A stretch of 64,000 nt of DNA from Octopus sinensis (GCF_006345805.1 NC_042997.1:204848001-204912000), one strand, 5' to 3'. Shown: positions 42,511-55,033, numbered from the stretch's first letter. Numbers and translations are program-made. Notes: a model not told the origin generated them from the sequence alone.

Positions 42511-42970
42511 CGTGTTGGGTGTGATATTGGATTTGTAAGTGATTAGCGATGATGGCTTTTTTTTTATTTTGTCAGATTATTCATTACAAAACAGGTTAAG
42601 TGTGACGGATTTTCTGAGTAGAGATAACGGTCCAAAATAAGAGTCAAAACTGTGGAGTAAAAAAAAAAAAAAAAACCCATCACACTTTTCACAGTTTGGT
42701 ATTAATTAAACTCACAAAAGATACAAAAAAAAAAAAAAGAACCTGTAGCCTTCACCAAATCCAACATGGTTGTCAGCCAAAAAACTGTGCGTAACCTCAG
42801 ATTTAAAGAAAAAAAAAGAAGAAAAAGAATGGTTTTTCAGGAGATACAACATGGTAACCATCTGTATAGAACGATATCTTCGGAAATAATAAAAACAAAA
42901 AAACAAAACTGAAAAAAAATTGTCAATACAAAAAAAAAGAAAAAAAAAGAAAAATTAATAAAGTTTTTCT

Positions 42971-43789
42971 TCACCAACCCCCGTATGGGCCGGAGCCACG
43001 TGGAGTGAAACTGCCGCGACCACGAGTCGGGCCACCACCTAAGCCGTTACCATAGGGACAGGAGAAATTAGTACCATAAGCATCACTGGTATAGTTGGCG
43101 ATTCCACTCGGATATGCGTACCATCCAGCGCCCGCACTCCCGTACCCGTAAGGACTGCTATACCCTTGAAATGCACCTCGTCCATATGGGTTCAACACGC
43201 GACTATAAGCAGCAACACCGCTGCCGCCGCGGCCAGTTATGAGTTCGTCCTTGGAAACGGCTTTCTTCACTTCTACCTGTTTGCCTGATAATTCAAAATG
43301 TTTCTTAATCACACACTTGTCTACACTATCATAGTCAGTGAAGGTAACAAAACAGAACCGCTTAAACTTGCCAGTACCCTTATCCCTGATCATGTCAATC
43401 TTCTCAATTTCACCATAAGGCGAAAATGTGTTTCGAATTTCGTCCTCGGTGCTGTCCTCCTTGATGCCTCCAACGAACATTTTACTGACGCTAACTTTAT
43501 TCTCGGGCGCCTCATCTTGCGGAATGGCTCGTTTCGTGTCCAACTTTCGGTTGTCGATGCAATGCGGCCGAGCTTCTTGCACCTTGTCCAGTGCTTCTGG
43601 ACACACAAATGTGACGAAAGCAAACCCTTTGGACTGGTTTGTGGATGGATTTTTTACGATAACACATTTAGAAACCTCTCCCCAAGTTTGGAAATAGTTT
43701 TTCAATGACTCCTCAGATGTGTCCGAACTGAGTCGAGCCACGAACAACTTGCAGAATTTCTCTTCATCGGAGTTAGAAGTCATCGTCAT
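42971..43789 (-). CDS. HNRNPA1: hnRNP A1/A2/B1-family RNA-binding protein (2 RRM + Gly/Tyr-rich tail), 272 aa, intronless CDS
   Basis: Uninterrupted ORF. RRM1 has RNP2 KLFVARL and RNP1 KGFAFVTF, followed by RPHCIDNRKLDTKRAIP (cf. RPHKVDGRVVEPKRAVS). RRM2 has KMFVGGI and KRFCFVTF, then VEVKKAVSKDE and a G/Y/R-rich tail. The symbol marks the family; exact orthology is not determined. Confidence 0.93.
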   Translation of the reverse strand: MTMTSNSDEEKFCKLFVARLSSDTSEESLKNYFQTWGEVSKCVIVKNPSTNQSKGFAFVTFVCPEALDKVQEARPHCIDNRKLDTKRAIPQDEAPENKVSVSKMFVGGIKEDSTEDEIRNTFSPYGEIEKIDMIRDKGTGKFKRFCFVTFTDYDSVDKCVIKKHFELSGKQVEVKKAVSKDELITGRGGSGVAAYSRVLNPYGRGAFQGYSSPYGYGSAGAGWYAYPSGIANYTSDAYGTNFSCPYGNGLGGGPTRGRGSFTPRGSGPYGGW

Positions 43790-44002
43790 TATTTTAATTA
43801 ATTTTTGTTTTGCTTTGTTTCTCGTTTGATATTAAACAAGAAAATATAAATTTCTGGCCGCAACGAGCAGATTTTTTCTCTTTTGGTTTTGTTGTTGTTG
43901 TTGTTGTTGTTTTTAAGATATTTTTGCTGTGAAAGTTGGGTGGAGATGCAGAGAGAATATTTGTTATAGATGAGAGAGAAACAAAGTGAATGTATATTGA
44001 AC

Positions 44003-44035
44003 ACTGAAAATAACTAGAGAGGAGATAAAAGATGT
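44003..44035 (-). other. Candidate 3' splice acceptor in the hnRNP 5' UTR
   Basis: Minus strand reads CTTTTATCTCCTCTCTAGTTATTTTCAG|TGTTC (AG at 44005-44004), about 215 nt upstream of the ATG. No donor was confidently identified. Confidence 0.4.
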
Positions 44036-44559
44036 GAAATTAATAAACATATATTGATCAGGTATTTTTTTTTTCTGTTTTTTTTAAAGATCTGACCGAT
44101 TCAGGAAATGAAAATCAGACAAAATATTTGTTAAAAGGAGTGGGACGAAAGAATAAGGTTAAAAGAAAGTGAAACAAACCCTAGAAATCAAAGCAGAAAG
44201 AAACTAAAAAGAATGAGTGTGAAACTAGCCTCATAAGGCAGCTAAATTAAAGGTAAAATAATCCGTTTGTTCGGTGGTAGAAACACTTTGGTCCGGTTTC
44301 TGTTTGTGGGATTCGCTTGGGAAGAAGACACAGCAACATCTTTGGAACACAGACTCGTAGAGTTATCTCTCCTTCGATTCTCATTCGCCTCATAGATGGC
44401 GACTATTTCTGCTGAATTCTGGCAATAAGTTTATATTTTACGAAATTTAAGTCTTGTTTTTCGAAATCCAGAAAAGTGAAGCGAAAAAAAAAAATTTATT
44501 TATAAGACAGTGAGTTTATTTGTAAAGGATATTTAGTTTGGCAGATCAGATATAATTTT

Positions 44560-44900
44560 TTTGTTTGTTTGTTTGTTGGTCACAAATTGAAAAAAAAAAA
44601 AAAAAATCTCCGTGCAGAGTTGTTGTTCTTGAGTTTATTAGTCAGATTGTGACCACCAGATGTCGTCCTGGTCCACACTGCCAACGTCACGATTGAAACA
44701 CTCCGGGACAGAACGAAAGAGAGAGAGAGGGAGATACAACAAGAGAAAGAGATAGATAGATAGAGAGACAGAGAGGGAGATACAACGAGAGAAAGAGAAA
44801 GAGATAGATAGATAGAGAGAGAGAGAGACAATAGCTCTGAGTCGTTCATCCCCATCACCACCACTCCACTACTAAAAAGAAATTTCAAAAGGGGGAATCG
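44560..44900 (-). promoter_or_regulatory. Candidate promoter/first-exon region of the hnRNP gene
   Basis: Unique, CpG-containing sequence with a (TC)n/(TATC)n tract and a GTGACGT CRE-like motif on the minus strand, about 0.9 kb upstream of the ATG. Confidence 0.3.
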
Positions 44901-47035
44901 TTTCGAAACACATGACTTAAAAACTTGCGTGTGTATAAAAACATTTGTATAGAATTAGAACGGTAGGAAAGCTTAATTTTTCTGCGTGTACTCCAGAGCA
45001 AACATATAACCTGCTTTATAAACGAACGAGCTGCCAAGGGATCATCTATATGGCTGTAAGACCTGCTAGAAATACCAGCTAAATCCTTCCCTTCATCAAC
45101 GGAGTTTTAAAATATATTTCTTTACTACCCACGAGGGGCTACACACAGATGGGACAAACAAGGACAGAAAAAGGGATTAAGTCGATTATATAGACCCTGT
45201 GCGAAACTGGTACTTAATTTATCGACCCCGAAAGGATGAAAGGCAAAGTCGACCTATTTGAACTCAGAACGTAGCGGCAGACGAAATACTGCTAAGCATT
45301 TCGCCCGGCCTGCTCGCCGCCTTCAACAGAGTTTTAAAATAGCCCTTCCACCATTGTCTAAAGAAAGAGAATACGGAATTAAGGGGCCAAAATATGTTAA
45401 ACAATTTTTTTTCTGCAAAAAAAAACAAGATAAAATCTTTTCAGGGCCGTAATTTCCATTCTATTAAACACAGTAATATTCTCGGGCTTTACACGAAAGA
45501 GCATTTCCTTTAATATTCTAATTAATCGGTCCTTTATAACTTTTTGTTACTAAACACATCTAAATTCTTCATTCTTTTCAAAACTAAGCGCTTGCATGGT
45601 GCTGGGTGGAATTTGAATATATTGAAGCCTATTTTCTACAACTGGATGCCCTTGCTGTCACCAATCCTCACCACTTTTCAATCGACATGGCCGGAAATGT
45701 TTTCACTGAAGACTTGAGAATAATGGATACTGCTTGTGTGATGATAATGCACATCGTCATCATCATCATCATTATTTAACATTTGTCATCTATGCTGGCA
45801 TGGGTGGGATGGTTTGACAGGAGCCAGCCAGGCAGAAGCCTGCACCAGACTTCTGTGACTGTTTTGGCAGGATTTTTACAGCTGGATGCCCTTCCTAACA
45901 CCAACCACTCAGCAGAGTGCTTTTTATGTGACACAAGCACAGACAAAGTCAATTTTGGTAAGGTTTTTACAGCTGGATGCCCTTCCAAATGCCAACCACT
46001 TTACAGTGTGGACTGCATGCTTTTTAAGTGGCACCTGCACTGACAGGGTCACCAAGTACTTTGCAAGACAAAAAAATCTTTTGAGAGGGGTGGGTGCATT
46101 GGAGGAGGTGATCTTGTGTTGGATGATGAAAGGATATAGTGAAACAGAGAGACAGAAACTGGTGCCTTGCTGTAGAGGAGGTACAAGGTTACTCAACCGG
46201 AGAGAGAGAGAGTGAGAAAGATCAGGAATGAAGACAGAAACAGGTGTGCTGCCACAAAGGAGATACATGGTTACTGAACTTGAGGGAAGTGCAGGAGAAG
46301 GAGAGAGTGGGAGACAGCAGGTTAGAGATGGTGGCAAAAGTGCTGGGCATACTCACAAGGGACAGGGATCAGAATATAAATGGGATGGCCGAGTAAAGGA
46401 AGAGAGAGGAAGATGGTGGCAAGTACCAGGGCATACCCTTGAGGTTTGAACGTCATCATCATCATGCTGGCATGGGTTGGACGGTTTGACTGGGCTGGCA
46501 TGCTGGAAGGCTGCGCCAGGATCTAGTCTGATTTGCCATGGTTTTCTACGGCTGGATGCCATTCCTAATGCCATCCACTCCGAGGGTGTAATGGGTGCTT
46601 TTACTTGCCATTTGCATGACCTCACAACTTATTCTGTAATGTGAAAACAAGGCTCACTAACACACACATACATATATGTGTGTGTCTGCAGGTGTATACA
46701 TACCTTTGTACATATTTGCACAAACAGAGAGATATGCACACATATATGAGCGAGAGGACAAGTGAAAGCAACACACAACACATTTGGTAGGAATAAATAT
46801 ATTAGTATTTGATCCAGCTCTATGCAGCTTGAACGTTTCGCGGACTTGTCACATGAACTTTATATATATCAAACTCATTAAACCAGCGGACGATCGTGTT
46901 CCCTCCTTCATACTCACTGCATCTTCCTGACAAAACACGGATTTTCAGAAAAATGGCCAGCTAAAACTTTAACTTTCCTACGAATTATATTCAAACTCGT
47001 TGCTTTGAGGTTCGCACGCCCTCCCACCCCCTCCA

Positions 47036-47119
47036 CCAATACCGAAAGTTTCTACACCAATACCTGAAGTTTCTATGCCAATACCGGAAGTTCCTACACC
47101 AATACCGGAAGTTTCTACC
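47036..47119 (+). repeat. 21-bp minisatellite, 4 copies (CCAATACCGGAAGTTTCTACA)
   Basis: Four tandem units read directly from the sequence. Confidence 0.95.
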
Positions 47120-48979
47120 CCTGTCTTACTTGACTATCCCCCCCCCCCGAGTATACCCCCACTTGCACCTCTATGTAGGGTTTATTTGATCATATAGCAC
47201 AGTGCCGCCTCGACTGGCTTCCGTGCCGGTGGCACGTAAAATGCACCAATCCGACCGTGGCCGTTGCCAGCCTTGCCTGGCACCTGTGCAGGTGGCACGT
47301 AAAAAGCACCCACTACACTCACGGAGTGGTTGGTGTTAGGAAGGGCATCCAGCCGTAGAAACATTGCCAGATAAGACTGGAGCCTGGTGCAGCCTCCTGG
47401 CTTCCCAGATCCCCAGTCGAACTGTCCAACCCATGCTAGCATGGAGAACGGACGTTAAACGATGATGATGATGATATATATACATACATGCACACACACA
47501 CACATATGTAATGGTTAAGTTTTAATTAGTGTAGTTACCAATTGTAACAGGTAAGATTGATTAGTAAACATTATTATGAAATGTCGGAGTCAGCAGTTGT
47601 AACAATAAAAATTTGTTTTTGGTATAATTGCATACTGTAGGATGTGCAAGATGAACAGTGCATGAAGTTTTAGGGAAATATTTATTTATTGTTACGTTAC
47701 AAATACCTTGCCTTGACGGGCAGGTTCTGATAAATCCAAAAGCATGCAAAGCAAAGTTTGTGTCCTCTTCGTTGTTTAGTAGTGGCTATAGAGGGAGATA
47801 GAATGATGTAAGAACAGAATTAGAGCTCATGAGAGTTGAAGGGTGTGGGACGTTGTCTCACTGTTACTGACACTAAACTTCATTTCTCCCTCTGCCAGAC
47901 TTCGTTGAGTCGTCACCGACTGTGACCAACTGATTTTTGCTTGGAGTGTGCTTACTTTTATAACTATCCAGAAGGATAGATATATCATTGAGTGTAATAG
48001 ATTCGGTTGGTGGTCTTGTTATCTCTATTCTATCTTTTGGTGAAGTAGAAGAGGTTAGAAAGGGTCAAGTGGTGAAGACATTATTTCGGGCCTAGCTAAA
48101 GGCATCTGGAAAATGTAAAACTGCTGTCAGGGTAAAACCATTGTTCCTTTGTGGGAAAAGTTCTGTTGAAGTGTTAATTAAAATTTGGCTATGGTGGATC
48201 GAATCCACTTCATGCATACAAGATCCACTACCTATATATATGAGAGAGAGGCACGCACATGCAAGCAAAGCACATAGGTGGAATAAAATATGGAAACAGT
48301 AAAAGGCTGAGTAAAATACTGTGTGGCCTTGTGGTTAGGGTGTTGCACTCAACTATTCTGTAATGTCAGGACAAGGGTTACTAACACTCACATGCACACA
48401 CACATGCACATACATATATGTAATTAGCTTTTTTTGTTTCCTTCTAACAAATCCATTCACAAGGCTTTAGTCAGCCCTGGGGCTACACAAGAAGGCATTT
48501 GCCTAGTGGAACCAAATTAGGTACCAAGTGGTGAGGAAGCAAACTTCTTAACAACACAGCCATGTCTGTCTCGATAATTTAGGAGAAAATCTATCCAGCA
48601 GATGGATTATCACTTATCTAGATGCCACAGCCAATAATATCCTCAGTTCTGTTCCTCAGACCCTATTGGGGGCTACCGGCACCTCTGAATTGTCAAATTG
48701 CCCTATACTCTACAGCTCTGTTGTGTTTTATCTCTGGATCCAGTTCGATGTTGGCTTTCACTTTTGCTAAGGATATACCAAAGCATATCTTTAACATAAC
48801 TGGAAGAACATCCCAAATTCTGGCCTTTTCTGACTTGCTCTCAAGTGAGACTGTCAATGGAACATCCGGGACAGGGCTACTACTACATCTATGCACACAG
48901 ACATCTTGAAATGTATCCAGAGAAGGGTCACTCAATTGATAGGCATTAGAACTCTAACAGACCCACAACTATCTCTTTT

Positions 48980-49915
48980 CTACTCTAGGCACAAGGCCTG
49001 AAATTTGGGGGGAGGAGTGGGCTAGTCGACTAGATTGACTCCAGTACACAACTGGTACTTAATTTATTGACCCTAGAAGGATGAAAGGCAAAATTGACCT
49101 TCGCAGAATTTGAACTCAGAACATAAAGACAGATGAAATACCTATTTCTTTACTACCCACAAGAGGCTAAACACAGATGGGACAAACAAGGACAGACAAA
49201 CGGATTAAGTCGATTACATCAACTCAAGTGCATAAATGGTACTTAATTTATCGACCCCGAAAGGATGAAAGGCAAAGTCGACCTCGGTGGAATTTGAACT
49301 CAGAATGTAACGGCAGACAAAATACCTATTTCTTTACTACCCACAAGGGACTAAACACAGAGGGGACAAACAAAGACAGACAAACGGATTAAGTTGATTA
49401 CATCGACCCCAGTGCGTAACTGGTACTTAATTTATCGACCCCGAAAGGATGAAAGGCAAAGTCAACCTCGGTGGAATTTGAACTCAGAATGTAACAGCAG
49501 ACGAAATACCTTTACTACCCACAAGGGACTAAACACAGATGGGACAAACAAAGACAGACAAACGGATTAAGTCGATTACATCAACCCCAGTGCGTAAATG
49601 GTACTTAGTTTATCAACCCCAAAAGGATGAAAGCAAAGTCGACCTCGGTGGAATTTGAACTCAGAATGTAATAGCAGACGAAATACCTATTTCTTTACTA
49701 CCCACAAGGGGCTAAACACAGAGGGGACAAACAAAGACAGACAAACGGATTAAGTTGATTACATCGACTCCAGTGTGTAACTGGTACTTAATTTATTGAC
49801 CTCGAAAGGATGAAAGTTGACCTCGGCGGAATTCGAACTTAGAACGTAACGGCAGATGAAATATGGCTACGCATTTCGCCCGATGTGCTAACAACTATGC
49901 CAGCTTTCTACCTTC
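48980..49915 (-). mobile_element. Head-to-tail tandem multimer of SINE family C (~5 units, ~180 bp)
   Basis: Units recur near 49144, 49328, 49510 and 49688. The head is complete only in the rightmost unit, and the leftmost unit has the alternative tail. Confidence 0.9.
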
Positions 49916-50979
49916 CACAACTACTATTCCTGTTGCTACAATGATGGTTTTCTAATCCTCAAAGCTTGCTAGTTTTGTATCTCCTTCATTCAAACATTCC
50001 CGACCCACTTCTCTCTCTCCACCCTTAATCCCACTTGGGTCCACCCTCTCCTTTCAGTTGTGCACTAGCTTCCCATTTCTTTCTCCCCAATCCATCATCC
50101 CCCTGCAATTTCCTCTCTCCCTCCCTGCTCATCTCTATCCTACTGGTGTTCGCCTGCAACAGTTTAAATGGAACTGGCACTCCATCAGTTACGAGGACAA
50201 GGGTTCCAGGTGATCCAATCAACAGAACAGCCTGCTTGGGAAATTAACAAACAAGTGGCTGAGCGCTCCACAGACATGTGTACCTTTAATGTAGTTCTCA
50301 GGGAGATCCAGCCTGGCACAGAATGTGACAAGGTTGGCCTTTTGAAATACAGGTACAACTCATTTTTGTCAGTTGAGTGAACTGCAGCAATGCAAAATAA
50401 AGTGTCTTGTTCAAAGGTATAATGCACCACTGAAAACTGAACTTACAACTTTATGATGATGATGATTATCATCATCATTTAACGTCCGCTTTCCATGCTA
50501 GCATGGGTTGGACAATTTTGACTGAGGGCTGGCGAACCAGATGGCTGCACCAGGCTTCAATCTTGATCTGGCAGAGTTTCTACTGCTGGATGCCCTTCCT
50601 AATGCCAACCACTCCGAGAGTGTAGTGGGTGCTTTTTATGTGCTACCGGCACAGGGGCCAGTCAAGTGGTACTGGTAACGACCTCGCTCGAATTTTTTTA
50701 CACATGCCACCAGCACAGGTGCCACATAATCCAAATAGCCTAACCGCTAAGCTACGCCCCATCAGCTGTTTGCATGTTCATTTCACAAGCAGGCTGTTCT
50801 GTTGATCAGATCAATTAGAACCTTTGTCGTCATAACTAACAGAATGCCACTTGATTCTATAAAGGAACATGAACACCATGAAGGTCACCAATCTCAGGGG
50901 ACTGAAATAGATCTCAGGAACTAACCCTTCATGTGGACTCAGCTATTAAAAACAAAACAAACAAAAACAAAAAGCATAT

Positions 50980-51298
50980 ATATTCTGTTGTGTCTGGGGA
51001 GAGTCATTTTCTGTTTTTTTTTGTCTTATAATTTAACTCACTCACCGGTAAAATTTCCACTTTTTTTCTTATTTTTATTTTCCTAAACTTTTTGTTGCAT
51101 CTTGCAACCTTTTCAATAGTTTTGACTCTCTTTTTTTTTGTTTTTTTTTGTATTTTTTGTTGTTTTACTGGTGAGTATGTTAGATTATAAAGCAAAAAAA
51201 TAAAGAAAATGACTCTCCCCAGACACAACAGAATATGCTTCAACACACGATCCTCATATAAAGAATCTTGCAAACCAAATCCAAAAGCGAAATATATA
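50980..51298. mobile_element. Second copy of the palindromic element
   Basis: Same arms (50980-51236) and same tail GCTTCAACACACG...GCAAACCAAATCC. Confidence 0.8.
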
Positions 51299-53011
51299 TT
51301 CAGATTGTTGTTTATTTCCAGTCTTACATAAAAAACATAACTGACCATGGAGAAATATCTTGGGTGGAAACTGGTGAGTGTGAGAGACCGGAATGGCATC
51401 CAGCAGTGGAAAAACTGCCTCAACAAATTCCATTTGATCAATGCAAGCATGGAACAGTGGATGTTAAATGATGAGGATCTGTTTGTGTGTACCCTTGTCT
51501 AGACATTCCACGGTGATAATAAATGAGCATCCTCACCTTACATGTGAGTTTGTTCATTTCCACTCCTCTATGAATATCATGTCTGCCCATGGGAAAACAT
51601 TATTTTACTTGGAAACAAAGGAGGGTTGGTGACAGGGGGGGGGGACTATGGATAATCTGGTTCAACTAAATTGTCAGACTCATGGAAAATAGGTATTAAA
51701 CGGAAGTGGTGGCAACAACAATGGAGATGGGTTTTTTTTTAGAAGGTATATTCGAGCGTGATCGTTACCAGCATCACCTTACTGGCACTCGAGCCCCGTG
51801 CTAGTAGGGTATTAAGAGCACCATCTGAGCATGATTGTTGCCAGCGCAGCTATCTGGCCTCCGTGCCGGTGGCACGTAAAAGGCACCATTCGAGTGTGAT
51901 CGTTACCAGCATCGCCTTAATGGCACCTGTGCCGGTGGCATGTGTAAAAGATTCGAGCGAGGTTGTTACCAGTACCGCTTGACTGGCCCCCGTGCTGGTG
52001 GCACATAAAAAGCACCCACTACACTCTCGGAGTGGTTGGCATTAGGAAGGGCATCCAGCAGTAGAAACTCTGCTAGATCAGACTGGAGCCTGGTGCAGCC
52101 TCCTGGCTTCCCAGACCCCAGTTGAACTGTCCAACCCATGCTAGCACGGAAAACGGACGTCAAACGATGATGATGATGATGACGACCTTTTGCCATCTTT
52201 CTGGCAACTTCATGATTCTGGTGAGTGAGTTAGATTATAAGACAAAAAAAAACAGAAAATGACTCTCCCCAGACACAACAGAATATATATGCTTTTTGTT
52301 TTTGTTTGTTTTGTTTTTAATAGCTGAGTCCACATGAAGGGTTAGTTCCTGAGACCTATTTCAGTCCCCTGAGATTGGTGACCTTCATGGTGTTCATGTT
52401 CCTTTATAGAATCAAGTGGCATTCTGTTAGTTATGACAACAAAGGTTCCAATTGATCTGATCAACAGAACAGCCTGCTTGTGAAATGAACATGCAAACAG
52501 CTGATGGGGCGTAGCTTAGCGGTTAGCTATTTGGATCATGTGGCACCTGTGCCGGTGGCATGTGTAAAAAAATTCGAGCGAGGTCGTTACCAGTACCGCT
52601 TGACTGGCCCCCATGCCGGTGGCACATAAAAAGCACCCACTACACTCTCGGAGTGGTTGGCGTTAGGAAGGGCATCCAGCAGTAGAAACTCTGCCAGATC
52701 AAGATTGAAGCCTGGTGCAGCCATCTGGTTCGCCAGCCCTCAGTCAAAATTGTCCAACCCATGCTAGCATGGAAAGCGGGCATTAAATGACATTGATTAG
52801 ATACATGTATATGATTTCTGGTTATAATTACAGTGATAATCTGATTAAAAGTAATTGTCTTGTTGGAAGGGATGTATTAAATGTTGATGGTAAAACTCTG
52901 ATGAACTTGGTTGTTTGTAATGTTAATAAAAGAGAAAAGCCTCAATTCATAACAACCATTTTCAGGATTTAACATCTGTCTTCCATGCTGGTTCATGGGT
53001 CAGACAGTTCT

Positions 53012-53245
53012 TATTTCTTTATTGCCCACAAGGGGCTAAACACAGAGAGGACAAACAAGGACAGACAAAGGGATTAAGTCGATTACACTGACCCCAGTGC
53101 GTAACTGGTACTTATTTAATTGACCCCAAAAGGATGAAAAGCAAAGTCGACCTCGATGGAATTTGAACTCAGAATGTAGCGGCAGACGAAATACCGTAAA
53201 GCATTTCGCCCAGTATGCTAACGTTTCTGCCAGCTCGCCACCTTA
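53012..53245 (-). mobile_element. Family C SINE (other copies near 37960-38175, 41660-41818 and 45118-45325, all minus)
   Basis: Same head, core and tail as 17001-17231. Confidence 0.85.
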
Positions 53246-53339
53246 AGCCAGTTCTGACAAGCCCAAGGGCTACATTCCACTCTAATGTCTGCTATGGTAG
53301 GATACCACAAAAAGAAAGCATTCAGAACAGTCTGTGAAG

Positions 53340-53650
53340 TAGTTGGGACTAGGATGGATATCCAACCATAGGGAACCTTTGATCAGGAACATGATTAGCC
53401 TGGATAAGAAGCAGCTTGCCTTTGTATCAAGAACAGGTATCATTAATGCCATATTCCTAGTGAAACAACTGGCAGAAGTACTTGGCTAGGAGTAAACCCC
53501 TAAACTATGAAAAGGCTCCTCATTTTTTGATATGGGGTTATTAAAGAAGCTTACTGTTGACTAATGGCTTGCAAGAGTCAGATAAGCCATATACAGAGGT
53601 TTTAGTCAGCGAGGTGAGGGCCAGCAATGAGTGCAGTAATGAATTTAATG
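53340..53650 (+). mobile_element. Highly degraded RTE RT fragment
   Basis: IRNMISLDKKQLAFVSRTGIINAIFLVKQL resembles the RTE RT region preceding the DxEKAFD motif. Confidence 0.55.
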
Positions 53651-53689
53651 TGTACAGGGAGATGTATGAAGAATGTAGAAAGAAAGGGC

Positions 53690-54445
53690 AAGCAAAGAGG
53701 CATTGTGAAAATGGGGTGCCTAGATAAAATGAGAATAAAAAATGGACTGAGATAGTAGTTAGTTGGACATCTTGGAATGGAGCATACCGATGATGAAGTT
53801 ATTCATTCAGAGTGTTTATGATGTGCTCTGCAACCCAGCACATCCCCACTATCTGTGCTGGGTATAATGTCCCCTTGCAGGCCTCCAGTTTTCTTAGGGA
53901 GCAATCCTCAAACATATTTTGAATAGTGGCTCAGTAGACCAGATCCTTAAAATTGCAACTGAAGCAATTAGTTGACAACAAAAACACTTTGCTTATAGCC
54001 CAAGAAGATATTCTTTGTTAACAAAGGAAAGTGATAAAAAAAAAAAGGCCCAAGAACTGTTCTGATTATTTGCTTTCCACAGTGCATGGCTGGAGAACCA
54101 GCTGAAATCTTTTCACAAATTATCCATGGCTTGACAAAACTAGACATTATCTTGGTTTTTTTGGTCAGAAGCACATTTACTGGAACTGTTTCCTGAGAGG
54201 GAAATATCAAGGAAATTGGAAGAGGTGAAGGTTGCAAGATATCAGAAATTGATGGAGAATGGTTACAAGTACAGGTGAGCCAGGTGTGTGCGAATGAAGA
54301 TGAGTGGTGGAGGTGTTATAGGTTGATACTTCAGTAAGAGCTAAGAAACCCTGCAAATTACAGAAGTAATCAGATGAGCAATCAAGGACAACATGAAAGT
54401 ACCAGGGAAAGCGTTTTAATGGTTCTGGGTAGTAAAAGGTGACCA
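53690..54445 (+). mobile_element. HERO-like (R2-superfamily, RLE-type) LINE C-terminal relic
   Basis: FIQSVYDVLCNPAH, CPL...LKHILNS, DQILKIATEAIS, LDIIL...LLEL.P, KVARYQKL, and W-rich end; these match the zinc-knuckle and RLE region of HERO elements as I recall them. Confidence 0.6.
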
Positions 54446-54558
54446 CTGAACACAGGCCAAGACTTCATTAGTCTTGCCTGAGGTGTCTGTAAGAGACTGG
54501 ATGTTATATATACATACACATAATCATAAATAGACATATATATTATATATATATATAT

Positions 54559-54951
54559 GGGTGGAGGCGCAATGGCCCAGTGGTTAGGGCAGCGGACTCG
54601 CGGTCACAGGATAGCGGTTTCGATTCCCAGCCCGGGCGTTGTGAGTGTTTATTGAGCGAAAACACCTAAAAAGCTCCACGAGGCTCTGGCAGGGGATGGT
54701 GGTGATCCCTGCTGTACTCTTTCACCACAACTTTCTCTCACTCTTACTTCCTGTTTCTGTTGTACCTGTATTTCAAAGGGCCGGCCTTGTCACTCTCTGT
54801 GTCATGCTGAATATCCCCGAGAACTACGTTAACGGTACACGTGTCTGTGGAGTGCTCAGCCACTTACACATTAATTTCACGAGCAGGCTGTTCCGTTGAT
54901 TTGGATCAACCGGAACCCTCATCGTCGTAACCGACGGAGTGCTTCCATCCA
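54559..54951 (+). mobile_element. Full-length tRNA-derived SINE, family D (partial or related copies at 1-266, 8605-8890, 9490-9722, 27225-27505, 34072-34330, 50180-50430)
   Basis: GGAGGCGCAATGGCCCAGTGGTTAGG (A box), GGTTTCGATTCCC (B box), body CACCACAACTTTCTCTCACTCTT, tail GTCGTAACCGACGGAGTGCTTCCATCC; sits in a (TA)n tract. Confidence 0.88.
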
Positions 54952-55033
54952 TATATATATGTATATACACCATATACACCTACACACCTATATGCTATAC
55001 AATTGTCTGTGTGCATGTATATATATATATATA

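Noticed and set aside
42196-42546. CV/YI-repeat ORFs
   Set aside because: They are (TG)n/(TA)n microsatellite translations.
43298-43708. 136-aa plus-strand ORF and other overlapping frames
   Set aside because: They are shadows of the GC-richer hnRNP CDS.
48980-49915. CRISPR-like array
   Set aside because: The units are ~180-bp SINE bodies without unique spacers, in a eukaryotic context.
54559-54640. tRNA gene
   Set aside because: It has A/B boxes but no complete cloverleaf, and continues into a multicopy SINE body.
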